A program made the translations under genes and the position numbers. From Candidatus Lokiarchaeum ossiferum (lineage in GTDB: Archaea; Asgardarchaeota; Lokiarchaeia; Sigyniarchaeales; Promethearchaeaceae): a stretch of DNA of 32,000 nucleotides. The notes below the pieces were generated by a model. It did not search any database and was not told the DNA's origin. It saw only the letters and a list, made by a program, of their open reading frames with translations. Positions 1 to 8,349 of the stretch are shown piece after piece. The stretch lies in assembly GCA_025839675.1 (NCBI GenBank), contig CP104013.1:5490001-5522000 (forward strand), read 5' to 3'. How positions within the stretch are numbered: the first letter of the stretch is position 1; every line of letters starts with the position of its first letter.

Positions 1-771
1 AACTTCTGCATTCACTTGGTAAGGCATGAAAGTTTTTACACGTTCTTCTTCTTCATCTTTAGGAATTCCATAACTCATCCAAGAATCTGCATATAAAATA
101 TCTGAATTTTTAGCAGCTTCCAAAGCATTATGTACAACTCGAATTTTAGCTCCAGTTTTTTTTGCAATTTCCTCACATTCATCAATAACTTCTTGTTCTG
201 GGGCATATTTTGGATCATCTGGGCAAGCTACATCTAAATCCATTCCAAACATTGCACACATTCGCATCAAATCATAAGTGACGTTGTTATAGCAATCTCC
301 ATAGAAAGACATTTTCAAATTATCAAATTTGCCTTTCTTTTCTTTAATGGTTTGAAAATCGCACATGATTTGGCATGGATGAGCAAAATCGTCCAACATA
401 TTTATTACTGGTACGTCCGAATTTGCTGCAATATCTTGAATGTCTTTTCGTTTGAATACTCGAGCAGAAATCATATCAACATATCGAGAAGCACATTTTG
501 TGGTATCTTGAATTGTTTCTTTAATTCCTAAGGGAGAGTCTTTAATAGAATAGAAAATTGCGTGTCCTCCCAATTGGGTCATTCCTGTTTCAAAAGAAAC
601 ACGGGTACGGAGGGAAGGTTTTGCAAAAATCATTAAAAGTGTCTTGTTTTTCAACTTTGTAGTGTATTTTTCATTCCATAAATCCGCTTTCATTTTAATT
701 GCATAATCAATGATAGCTTCACACTCTTCGCGGGTGAAATCGGAAACTTTAGTTAAATGTCGTAGTGTCAT
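1..771 (-). CDS. argF: Ornithine carbamoyltransferase-family enzyme, N-terminal 257 codons (3' end runs off the window)
   Basis: Not in the supplied ORF track. Hand translation of the minus strand from the ATG at 771-769 gives MTLRHLTKVSDFTREECEAIIDYAIKMK..LMIFAKPSLRTRVSFETGMTQLGGHAIF..HPCQIMCDF..FYGDCYNNVTYDL..YADSWMSYG..FMPYQVNAEV. This carries the SxRTR carbamoyl-phosphate motif, HPxQ, GDxxNNV and DxxxSxG in OTCase order. The frame is open to position 1. Confidence 0.8.
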   Translation of the reverse strand, partial: MTLRHLTKVSDFTREECEAIIDYAIKMKADLWNEKYTTKLKNKTLLMIFAKPSLRTRVSFETGMTQLGGHAIFYSIKDSPLGIKETIQDTTKCASRYVDMISARVFKRKDIQDIAANSDVPVINMLDDFAHPCQIMCDFQTIKEKKGKFDNLKMSFYGDCYNNVTYDLMRMCAMFGMDLDVACPDDPKYAPEQEVIDECEEIAKKTGAKIRVVHNALEAAKNSDILYADSWMSYGIPKDEEEERVKTFMPYQVNAEV

Positions 772-809
772 TTTATTATTACTCCTTCTAAAAGATATTT
801 TGGTAATAC

Positions 810-818
810 AAAAAAAAA
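810..818 (-). terminator. Oligo-T (T9 on minus strand) archaeal-type terminator after the COG2403-like gene
   Basis: A9 run on the plus strand, 43-51 nt downstream of the minus-strand stop at 861. Archaeal RNA polymerase terminates at oligo-T tracts. Confidence 0.3.
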
Positions 819-860
819 TGGAAATTAATCCATATAATTTATTCGTTGTTGGATGTCAGT

Positions 861-2213
861 TTAATTTTTTGGAAATTTTACAATGAATTCTTCAAGCATA
901 CTTTCAATAGAAGGTGTTCCTAAAGATTTGATATCATAATCAACGCGAACAATTGGTTTATTGCATTTGATTAATTTTCCTAAATCTATTGGGCTTCCAT
1001 CAATTACAACATCAGCAGGGACTGCATTAATTGTTTCTTCCATATCCTTGATTTGTTCATCATTGTATCCCATAGCTGGAACAATATCATCTAATTGTGG
1101 GAATTCTTTGAAGACTTTCTTCATTCCACCAACTAAATATGGTTTTGGATCAACTACTTTTCCGTTGTGTTCTCTGGCAGCAATCATACCTGCACCATAA
1201 GCCATGTTTCCATGAGTTAAGGTTGGACCATCTTCAACAACTAAAACATTTTTACCATCAATCATGCCTTCTTTTCCTGCTTCAACAGTAACGAGTGAAT
1301 TTGTTCTTAAAACTGCGGCCTTTGGATTCAATATCTTCATATTTTCTTCAACAATTTTAACATCTTCAGGTTTAGCAGAATTCAATTTGTTTAATACAAA
1401 AGCATGGCACATTCGGGCATTTACCTCACCAGGATGGAATTGAACTTCGTGGCCTGGTCGGAGAGGATCTACCACAGTGAACATTAAATCTGGAACGTAG
1501 AATGAAATTTCATTATTTCCACCGTCAAACACAATAATGTCTGCTTCCTTTTCGGCTTCATCTAAGATCTTTTGATAGTCAACACCAGAATAAATGACCA
1601 AACCTTGTTCAATATATGGTTCGTATTCTTCACGTTCTTCAATGGTGCATTTATATTTGTCTAAATCTGAATATTCTGCAAATCGCATGCAAGTTTGTTC
1701 GATTAAATCGCCATATGGCATTGGTTCTCGAACAGCTACCACTTTATATCCTTTTTCTTGTAAGAAGCGATATACTGCACGTGAGACTTGGGATTTTCCA
1801 CAGCCTGTTCGAACTGCTGTAATTGCAACAACTGGTTTGTTTGATTTAATTTGAGTATATTTTGGGGAAATAATTCGATAATTTGCTCCATAGGATAAGG
1901 CTCGTGACCCTTTGTGCATAACTTCTGCATGTGGAACGTCCGAATAGGCAAAAACTACTTCATCAATGCCATTATCTTTAATGAATGCTTCCATTCGTGG
2001 TTCAATAATCATAGGAATGCCATTTGGATAGAGTTTACCTGCTAATTCAGCAGGATATTTACGATCTTGTTCTTCCAAAGTTCCAACGTTTTGTTCACCA
2101 GCAATGGTAAAAGCGCAAACTTCGTATTCTTCATTATCTCGGAATACTGTATTGAAGCAATGGAAATCAAAACCTAATGCTCCAATTATAACAACTTTTT
2201 TTTTGTTAGCCAT
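861..2213 (-). CDS. P-loop NTPase of the COG2403 / cyclic 2,3-diphosphoglycerate synthetase-like family
   Basis: 450-aa ORF with ATG start. It has an N-terminal KKVVIIGALG segment and a Walker A-like ITAVRTGCGKSQVSR. Length and layout resemble the cDPG-synthetase-like 'predicted GTPase' family. Family assignment is from memory, not searched. Confidence 0.6.
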   Translation of the reverse strand: MANKKKVVIIGALGFDFHCFNTVFRDNEEYEVCAFTIAGEQNVGTLEEQDRKYPAELAGKLYPNGIPMIIEPRMEAFIKDNGIDEVVFAYSDVPHAEVMHKGSRALSYGANYRIISPKYTQIKSNKPVVAITAVRTGCGKSQVSRAVYRFLQEKGYKVVAVREPMPYGDLIEQTCMRFAEYSDLDKYKCTIEEREEYEPYIEQGLVIYSGVDYQKILDEAEKEADIIVFDGGNNEISFYVPDLMFTVVDPLRPGHEVQFHPGEVNARMCHAFVLNKLNSAKPEDVKIVEENMKILNPKAAVLRTNSLVTVEAGKEGMIDGKNVLVVEDGPTLTHGNMAYGAGMIAAREHNGKVVDPKPYLVGGMKKVFKEFPQLDDIVPAMGYNDEQIKDMEETINAVPADVVIDGSPIDLGKLIKCNKPIVRVDYDIKSLGTPSIESMLEEFIVKFPKN

Positions 2214-2791
2214 TTTTATCGACTCTTATTTGTATGTTGAATGATATGGATGAAAAATGACTCTCATGGCATCACCAATAACCGGACTGCCCATCAGAGG
2301 AAATCTATGATCTTTCATGAAAAACCTTCAACAATTTTCAACGAAACTGCGATTTTAAGAATTTTCAAAATGGAAGATCACACTTCTAAAATATTCAACT
2401 TCATGACTTTTCATATTCCCAGCTATTTAAAATTTCGGATGTTTTTTCTCCGAAAACTCTAAAATCTCCTATAATTATGTTGGAGGGATCAGTTTATTCT
2501 ATAATTCTACATTCAAATCCGACATGCAATAGCAAGCGGGGATAAAGGTTCGTGCAATTATAGGAAATCATTTCTTCTTCTTTTTTCCTATAAATCTGTA
2601 TTGGTGGTTAAAATTTAAATAATCACCCACATTTGCTGAATTGTTCTCAATTTAATCAACATTATGAATGTTGAATACAAAAGAAGGAACTTTTTTTTGT
2701 TGATCAAATTCCTATGAAAAATTTAAAATGTCCTTCACCCCTAAAAAATAAATATTAGATTGGACAATGTTACTCAAACAACAAAACAATT

Positions 2792-5700
2792 ATGAGGCTA
2801 GCAGAAATGTTAAAAAGAGTAGGAACAATTTTCATAGTGTTTACTAGTATATTTTTGGGGGCTTTACCAATTATTCAAGGTCAAGGGCCGTCATATAATA
2901 TTAGTAGTATACCATTTGTCGCTGCTGAAAGTCAAAATGAAGATGTCTATGTTGACATTAATCCAGAAGGGGATATTTTTACTCATTTTTATTTTCAAAA
3001 TTCTGAATTATTACCAAATATTGAGGGTGTATCTGATTATCTCTCTTCCTATATCCCTCAAATGAATTCAATTGCTTGGATCGACTGGAATATTCAATAC
3101 AATAGTTCAGAAGAAGAAGAAAATTCTTGGATTCAATTCTATTTCTTCACCACCGATTCCAATCTCGCCCAAGAATACGCTCAATGGTTCATGGATATTA
3201 TAATGACTTTTGAGGTAGATGATTATAGTTATAGTAATTCTTGGGGATGGAATCATTGGGATGGGTATACTGAACAAGAACGATATGTTACAGGGGTCCA
3301 ATATAATGCTCATATTGATTGGGATGGATTGAAAGATTCAGTTGAATCCAAAATAGATCGAACTAATGGAGGAATATCCGCTCAAGTTGACTTATCCGAA
3401 ATTGATCTTGTCATGATGAATTGGGATTTTGGTGGAGAGTCTATTTCTCAACGTTTGGGTGTTCGATGGCATGAGGAGGTGGAACATTTAAATGGGGCTC
3501 ATCAATTCTCATTAGATTCATTGTTGCATGTTTCTTCACTCGAAAAGCAAAATGGGATAGATGCCAACACTCACGTTAGTTTTAGTCTTCCTAATATATC
3601 AAATTTATGGTCGAATCCATCAGAAAATATTGATTTTTATTCTTATGTGGGTGAGGATTGGAAATCTGAGTGGGATCGTAATGATTGGGCTGGTTTGAAT
3701 TTCAATCTCGACAATTCACGCCCATCTATGGATGATTTCATAGTTGGTTTTGATTATGATTTCACACCTTGGGATATTGTACCTCAAGAAAGTGCTTGGA
3801 TTGATGTAAATGAATATGGTTATATGAAGAAAAATATGGAAATTCGCGATATTAATACGACTTTACATGAGTATTGGCCTCAATCAGTATTAGTGGATCC
3901 TCATTTTAACAACCTTCATGTCTCTTATTACCCAAAAGCAGAAAATTGGGATAACCCGCATTTCACGATTCGAGTAAATTATGATTTAAATCTTCTTGAA
4001 GATGCGATTCCTTTATCAAATTATTTTGAAGATCAGGGCTATTTTGATGACAATATCAATGATTGGATTAACTGGACAACCCACGAAACAGAGAATTTAG
4101 ATCTTTTTAATTGGATTAAATCAAATCTTGGATGGGAAAATGTGTCAAATTTTAATGAGATGAAAGAGTGGGGATGGTCTTGGTGGCATCATGATTGGGA
4201 TAGAAATTTAGCCATTCCTATGAGAAGTTATGAACTCAAATTTAATCATACCTATGATCAGAATACTTGGGATGCATTATGGATAAACAGCGATATCTAT
4301 CAAAAAAGTGGAATGATGCAAAAGTCTTCTCTTATTGATGCCTCCTCAATACAGGAAAATGCTCGCTTCCACACTGAAAAAGGCGGGTATCAGTCTTCTG
4401 ATTTATATATTGAATGGAACCCCTTACATCCCGATATTCTTAATCCTCAAAAAGCCTTTACGGATACCGTAAGTGACTCGCATAATTTTGATTTTGCTAA
4501 TCTTTTTGGATGGACCGATATTACTCCTAGTGCTGGATTTTATCAAACTCATTTATCAATTAGTTTTCCTGCGAATTCACCCGAGGATCGAATTTATCTC
4601 ACTTCACCAGGGGAAAATGGAGGTTATGGATTTCATACTTGGGATGGCAATGGACAGGGATGGTATGATTACTGGCGCCAAGATGTAGGGATGAATATGT
4701 ATTGTGAAGCTCCATGGTATGGAAGTGACAGTTATCCGATATATTTTGATTCCTTTGAGGGAAATTTTAATTATCGATTTCACGAAGATACTGACGATAT
4801 AATTCCGCCACGGATCGATGATATTGGATATTATGATGGCACGTATAGATGGTGGGATACAAGTTCAACCCATGCGAATTCTACACGATTAATTGTTTCT
4901 GCAATGGATGCCGACGATAACCATTATGGTCAATGGTGGAGTTATTATGCCTACAATACCACTAATCATGAGTGGTACCCTCGCTTTAGTAATTCATATG
5001 TTGATTCTGTAAATTTATCATTTGAATATCAAGATTTTAAAGATATGGGGATTGATGAATCTGATTTTCCATGGGGTCCATATTCTATGGAGAACCTAAC
5101 ACTTTCGGGTACATGGTCATATAACTTGGATACTAATGCTGAAAATCTTCCCGATGGAAACTATATTGTGCATGTGACTGCTCTGGACTCAGTGGGAAAT
5201 ACTGGTTATAGAGTTTGGGATGATTTTGACAATGATGGAGTTGAAGATTATTTTCAAATTGATAATTATAATGATTCTCTTTTCACCATTGTCCCAGAAT
5301 TAACATTTAATACTTCGATGCCTGAAAATAATTCAAAAATTGAAGGAATTATTCCAATTGGAATAAATGTGACTGATGACATCGGGATCTTTGCAGTTAC
5401 TGTTCAAATTGGACAAAACCAAAATGAAGGTTATGGTTACATTTTAGAAGAATCGAGCACACCTGATATTTATAATTTCGATTGGGATTCAACTATCAAT
5501 AATTTCCAAGAGAATGAAGCATATTGGATAACTGTATGTGCGTGGGATATGGAGGGTCATAAGAGCTATCTTTATTATAATTTATCTGTCGATAATCAAA
5601 AAGCAGGCGATCCTCCGACCATAGAGTTAATTTCACCTCTTATTGTCGGTGGAGATGTTCCTGTTCTTGAGGATGTTGTATTATTTGAAGCCAATATCAC

Positions 5701-6478
5701 CGATGATAATTTTCCTCCCCTTGCAGTGAAATTCCAAATAGATGATAGAACATCATTTGATATGATTTTTAATGAAACGTCGGGTTTCTATTATTATGAA
5801 TATGATGTATCTACACTGTTTAACGGAACACACACATTGACAATTACAGTTACTGACAACGATGATCCTCGAGAGGGAACTGGGCAACATATTCGTTCCG
5901 AAACCTTTGAATTCTTTGCAAACACAACAATTTCTGAATTTGAAAAAACAAATCCTCCTATATGGCGCAACGCTTTACCGGGCAATTTTACTTCAGCAGA
6001 AGATATAATATCTGATTCTTTTGAAATAAAAATTGATGTATTTGATGATCAAGGAATTGAAGCAGTAAATCTGAAAGTTTATCAAATTTTGGGCTACAAT
6101 CTCTCAGCTATCCCCGATTCTTACTCAAATGTCGATTTAACCAACATCCAAATCATTAAAGATGTTAATATTCCAGAAACGGAAGAGAATAACGGATGGC
6201 ATACTTATACATATCAAGCCCAACATCGTGCTGGGACAAGTTCCTTTTTCTTTACTGTGGATGATGGTCTTATTCTGGTTGAACTTGAAATTGGGGATAC
6301 CGGACCCATACAAAATAAAGTGAAGGTCTATATGATCTTGTTTATTAATATTTCATCGAATGCAGATTTTAATAATAATCCTTTTGGGGAAATACCTGGA
6401 TTCAGTATGGAATTTTTAATGATTGCCTTGAGTCTTACAGTGATAGCATTAGCAAAGAAAACTCGAAGACATGCATAA
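2792..6478 (+). CDS. Large secreted surface glycoprotein with a Trp-rich orphan N-terminal region, tandem Ig-like modules and a PGF-CTERM-like anchor
   Basis: 1228-aa ORF. N-terminal signal/anchor is VGTIFIVFTSIFLGALPIIQG. There are more than 20 N-x-S/T sequons by eye. Recurrent modules are INVTDDIGIFAVTVQI, ANITDDNFPPLAVKFQIDD and IDVFDDQGIEAVNLKVYQ. The C-terminus GEIPGFSMEFLMIALSLTVIALAKKTRRHA has PGF, a TM helix and a basic tail. Confidence 0.85.
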   Translation: MRLAEMLKRVGTIFIVFTSIFLGALPIIQGQGPSYNISSIPFVAAESQNEDVYVDINPEGDIFTHFYFQNSELLPNIEGVSDYLSSYIPQMNSIAWIDWNIQYNSSEEEENSWIQFYFFTTDSNLAQEYAQWFMDIIMTFEVDDYSYSNSWGWNHWDGYTEQERYVTGVQYNAHIDWDGLKDSVESKIDRTNGGISAQVDLSEIDLVMMNWDFGGESISQRLGVRWHEEVEHLNGAHQFSLDSLLHVSSLEKQNGIDANTHVSFSLPNISNLWSNPSENIDFYSYVGEDWKSEWDRNDWAGLNFNLDNSRPSMDDFIVGFDYDFTPWDIVPQESAWIDVNEYGYMKKNMEIRDINTTLHEYWPQSVLVDPHFNNLHVSYYPKAENWDNPHFTIRVNYDLNLLEDAIPLSNYFEDQGYFDDNINDWINWTTHETENLDLFNWIKSNLGWENVSNFNEMKEWGWSWWHHDWDRNLAIPMRSYELKFNHTYDQNTWDALWINSDIYQKSGMMQKSSLIDASSIQENARFHTEKGGYQSSDLYIEWNPLHPDILNPQKAFTDTVSDSHNFDFANLFGWTDITPSAGFYQTHLSISFPANSPEDRIYLTSPGENGGYGFHTWDGNGQGWYDYWRQDVGMNMYCEAPWYGSDSYPIYFDSFEGNFNYRFHEDTDDIIPPRIDDIGYYDGTYRWWDTSSTHANSTRLIVSAMDADDNHYGQWWSYYAYNTTNHEWYPRFSNSYVDSVNLSFEYQDFKDMGIDESDFPWGPYSMENLTLSGTWSYNLDTNAENLPDGNYIVHVTALDSVGNTGYRVWDDFDNDGVEDYFQIDNYNDSLFTIVPELTFNTSMPENNSKIEGIIPIGINVTDDIGIFAVTVQIGQNQNEGYGYILEESSTPDIYNFDWDSTINNFQENEAYWITVCAWDMEGHKSYLYYNLSVDNQKAGDPPTIELISPLIVGGDVPVLEDVVLFEANITDDNFPPLAVKFQIDDRTSFDMIFNETSGFYYYEYDVSTLFNGTHTLTITVTDNDDPREGTGQHIRSETFEFFANTTISEFEKTNPPIWRNALPGNFTSAEDIISDSFEIKIDVFDDQGIEAVNLKVYQILGYNLSAIPDSYSNVDLTNIQIIKDVNIPETEENNGWHTYTYQAQHRAGTSSFFFTVDDGLILVELEIGDTGPIQNKVKVYMILFINISSNADFNNNPFGEIPGFSMEFLMIALSLTVIALAKKTRRHA

Positions 6479-6487
6479 TTCCATTCC

Positions 6488-6497
6488 TTTTTTTTTT
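6488..6497 (+). terminator. Oligo-T (T10) terminator after the surface protein gene
   Basis: T10 run begins 10 nt after the stop codon at 6476-6478. Confidence 0.4.
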
Positions 6498-6537
6498 AAA
6501 ATGTGTTTTAAAATCATGACATTTTTTTTATATTCCA

Positions 6538-7266
6538 TCAAAGACGCAAAGAAAGTAATAAATTTGGGAGTATTTTCAATTGGTTAATTATGTAACCTTT
6601 ATTTTTCCCATTTTTAATAACTTTTTTTATCTGTTCTCGTTTTATATGTATAGGGATCATACCAACACCTGAAGCTCCTTCTACATCATGTTCAATTGAA
6701 TCTCCTACATATACGACTTCTTCGGATCTTAATCCTGTTTCGTCTAAGGCGCGGATAAACATCTTCGGATTTGGTTTGCTGACCCCTTCTTCCCCAGAAA
6801 TGATGATACATCTAAAATATTGATCTAAATTATATCTCTGAATGATTGAATAAATGAAAGGAGGGTGATCAAAATCAGTAATCAATGCAAGCATATAGTG
6901 TGAATTCAGTTCTTCTAATACTTCAATGGCCTCAGGATCTAAAGGATGATGTTTTGCCCAAGCATTTATGGATATAGTTGCTAAATCATGTAATTCTTCC
7001 ATTTTTAAGGTTACTCCCATTAAATGGCAGAATTGCTGAAGTTTATATTCAAATAGGGTTTATTCAGGCGCTATCGTTTTTGGTTGTTCAATGTTGAAGT
7101 AATTCTGTACCCCTTCATCAAAAAACTCACGAGAAATCGACATACCATGCTTACATAGGAATTGATAAATTTGCTCTTCATGATCCTTTGTGGCTTGCGA
7201 AAGATCACCATATTTTAGCAAAGTGCCATTTAGATCAAAAAATACTCCTTTCAATTCAGTGTTCAT
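6538..7266 (-). pseudogene. HAD-superfamily (subfamily IA-like) hydrolase interrupted by a single in-frame TAA
   Basis: ORFs 7060-7278 and 6538-7020 are in the same frame, checked codon by codon, and are separated only by a TAA at 7062-7060. The read-through product is ..KTIAPE*TLFEYKLQQFCHLMGVTLKMEEL... Motif I is FFDLNGTL, motif II LITDF, motif III SKPNPKMF and motif IV VGDSIEHDVEGA, spread across both pieces. The likely start is the ATG at 7266 (MNTELKGVFFD). Confidence 0.7.
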
Positions 7267-7339
7267 TTTGCTAACCAATTATCTTGTTTTGATCTTCTAA
7301 TAAAAACTTCATATAGTAGTTTGCTGTTTGGGTGTTGAT

Positions 7340-7370
7340 AAAAAAAATCAGAAAAAAAGCAAGAAAAAAA
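7340..7370 (-). terminator. Cluster of oligo-T tracts (T7, T7, T8 on minus strand) ending the ABC operon
   Basis: A8 (7340-7347), A7 (7352-7358) and A7 (7364-7370) on the plus strand, 17-47 nt downstream of the ATPase stop at 7387. Confidence 0.4.
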
Positions 7371-7386
7371 CTCGAAATTGGTGAAA

Positions 7387-8349
7387 TTAATTCAATTTCG
7401 CCCCACATGAATGACAAAAGAATTTATCTCCCTTCAAAGGAACATTACAAACGGGACAATTATTGTGTGTTTTTAGGGAGGGTTTGCCAATGATTCGAGG
7501 TCCATTTGCATTGATGTCTAAGGTGAAATCCCAATGATATCCATAGGCTACTAAAGCACTCAAGAATTCCGGTGGTAAAGTCATGTTGCCTGATTTTGAT
7601 ACAATCACGGAACGACTTTCTTTCAAATCATAGATATCGCTTCCTGCATTATGTTGACCAATAATCATTCCATCACTTAATTCAACACTCCTATCAGCAA
7701 AAGATGCAACATGTTGGCTATGAGTGACAATCAAGAAGGCTATATTTAATTCTTTATGCAGATCCCTGAAAAGTTGCATAACTTGTTCTGTATTTTTTGC
7801 ATCTAGGTTACCTGTTGGTTCATCGGCCAAGATTAATGCGGGGTTATTTGAAATTGCGCGTGCGATTGCTACTCTTTGCAATTCCCCTCCACTTAATCGC
7901 TGGGGAAGATCATGCATTCGGGACTCCATTCCTAACTTTTTTAAGAGTTCTTTGGCTCGTTTTCTTGCTTCACTTATTCCAACGCCAGAATATCTTAGAG
8001 TCCTAACCACATTATTATAGGCTGATAATTCTGGAATTAAATTTCCTTCTTGAAAAATGAACCCAATGGTTGATCTTCGAATGGGTACCAAAGCTTCTTC
8101 AGTCATTTGGGAAATATCTCTTCCAAAGTACCGAATTTCTCCAGCACTTGGCTTTTGCAATCCTCCCAAAGTTCTCAAGAGGGTTGATTTGCCAGCACCA
8201 GAAGTTCCTACAATGGCAACAAATTCCCCTTTTTTCATATCTAAATTTAAACCTTTCAAAGCTACAACATTATTTGCTCCTTCCAATCCTTTATAGATGG
8301 AATAAAGCCCATCTGCATCCAATAATAATTCATTCGTTTCCGTTGCCAT
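7387..8349 (-). CDS. ABC transporter ATP-binding protein (MacB/LolD-like) with a C-terminal AbrB-like segment and zinc ribbon
   Basis: Walker [11 protein letters not shown]-loop IGFIFQEG, signature LSGGELQR, Walker [14 protein letters not shown]-loop IVTHS. An extra ~85-aa tail contains [34 protein letters not shown] and [22 protein letters not shown]. Its ATG directly abuts the permease stop (TAAATG at 8352-8347). Confidence 0.9.
   Translation of the reverse strand: MATETNELLLDADGLYSIYKGLEGANNVVALKGLNLDMKKGEFVAIVGTSGAGKSTLLRTLGGLQKPSAGEIRYFGRDISQMTEEALVPIRRSTIGFIFQEGNLIPELSAYNNVVRTLRYSGVGISEARKRAKELLKKLGMESRMHDLPQRLSGGELQRVAIARAISNNPALILADEPTGNLDAKNTEQVMQLFRDLHKELNIAFLIVTHSQHVASFADRSVELSDGMIIGQHNAGSDIYDLKESRSVIVSKSGNMTLPPEFLSALVAYGYHWDFTLDINANGPRIIGKPSLKTHNNCPVCNVPLKGDKFFCHSCGAKLN

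Noticed and set aside
961-1951. Small ORFs on both strands inside 861-2213 (961-1200, 1594-1854, 1616-1822, 1736-1951)
   Set aside because: They are nested in or antisense to the 450-aa P-loop gene. They have no independent start context or recognisable motifs.
2241-2462. 73-aa plus-strand ORF in the long intergenic region
   Set aside because: It has no SD or TATA context and its sequence is compositionally odd (His/Phe/Met-rich). It overlaps the hairpin region. I treat it as non-coding, though the region itself is flagged for possible RNA.
2679-2700. AAGGAAC followed by T8, loosely resembling the reverse complement of the 49-bp repeat core (AAGGAACTCTTTTTTT)
   Set aside because: Only about 15 nt are similar and the match needs a gap. 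It is most simply another oligo-T tract, so it is not counted as a third repeat copy.
6538-7278. Treating the two HAD ORFs as two separate functional genes
   Set aside because: They are in the same frame with a single TAA between them. The HAD catalytic motifs I and II-IV are split between the pieces, so neither piece would be a functional hydrolase alone.
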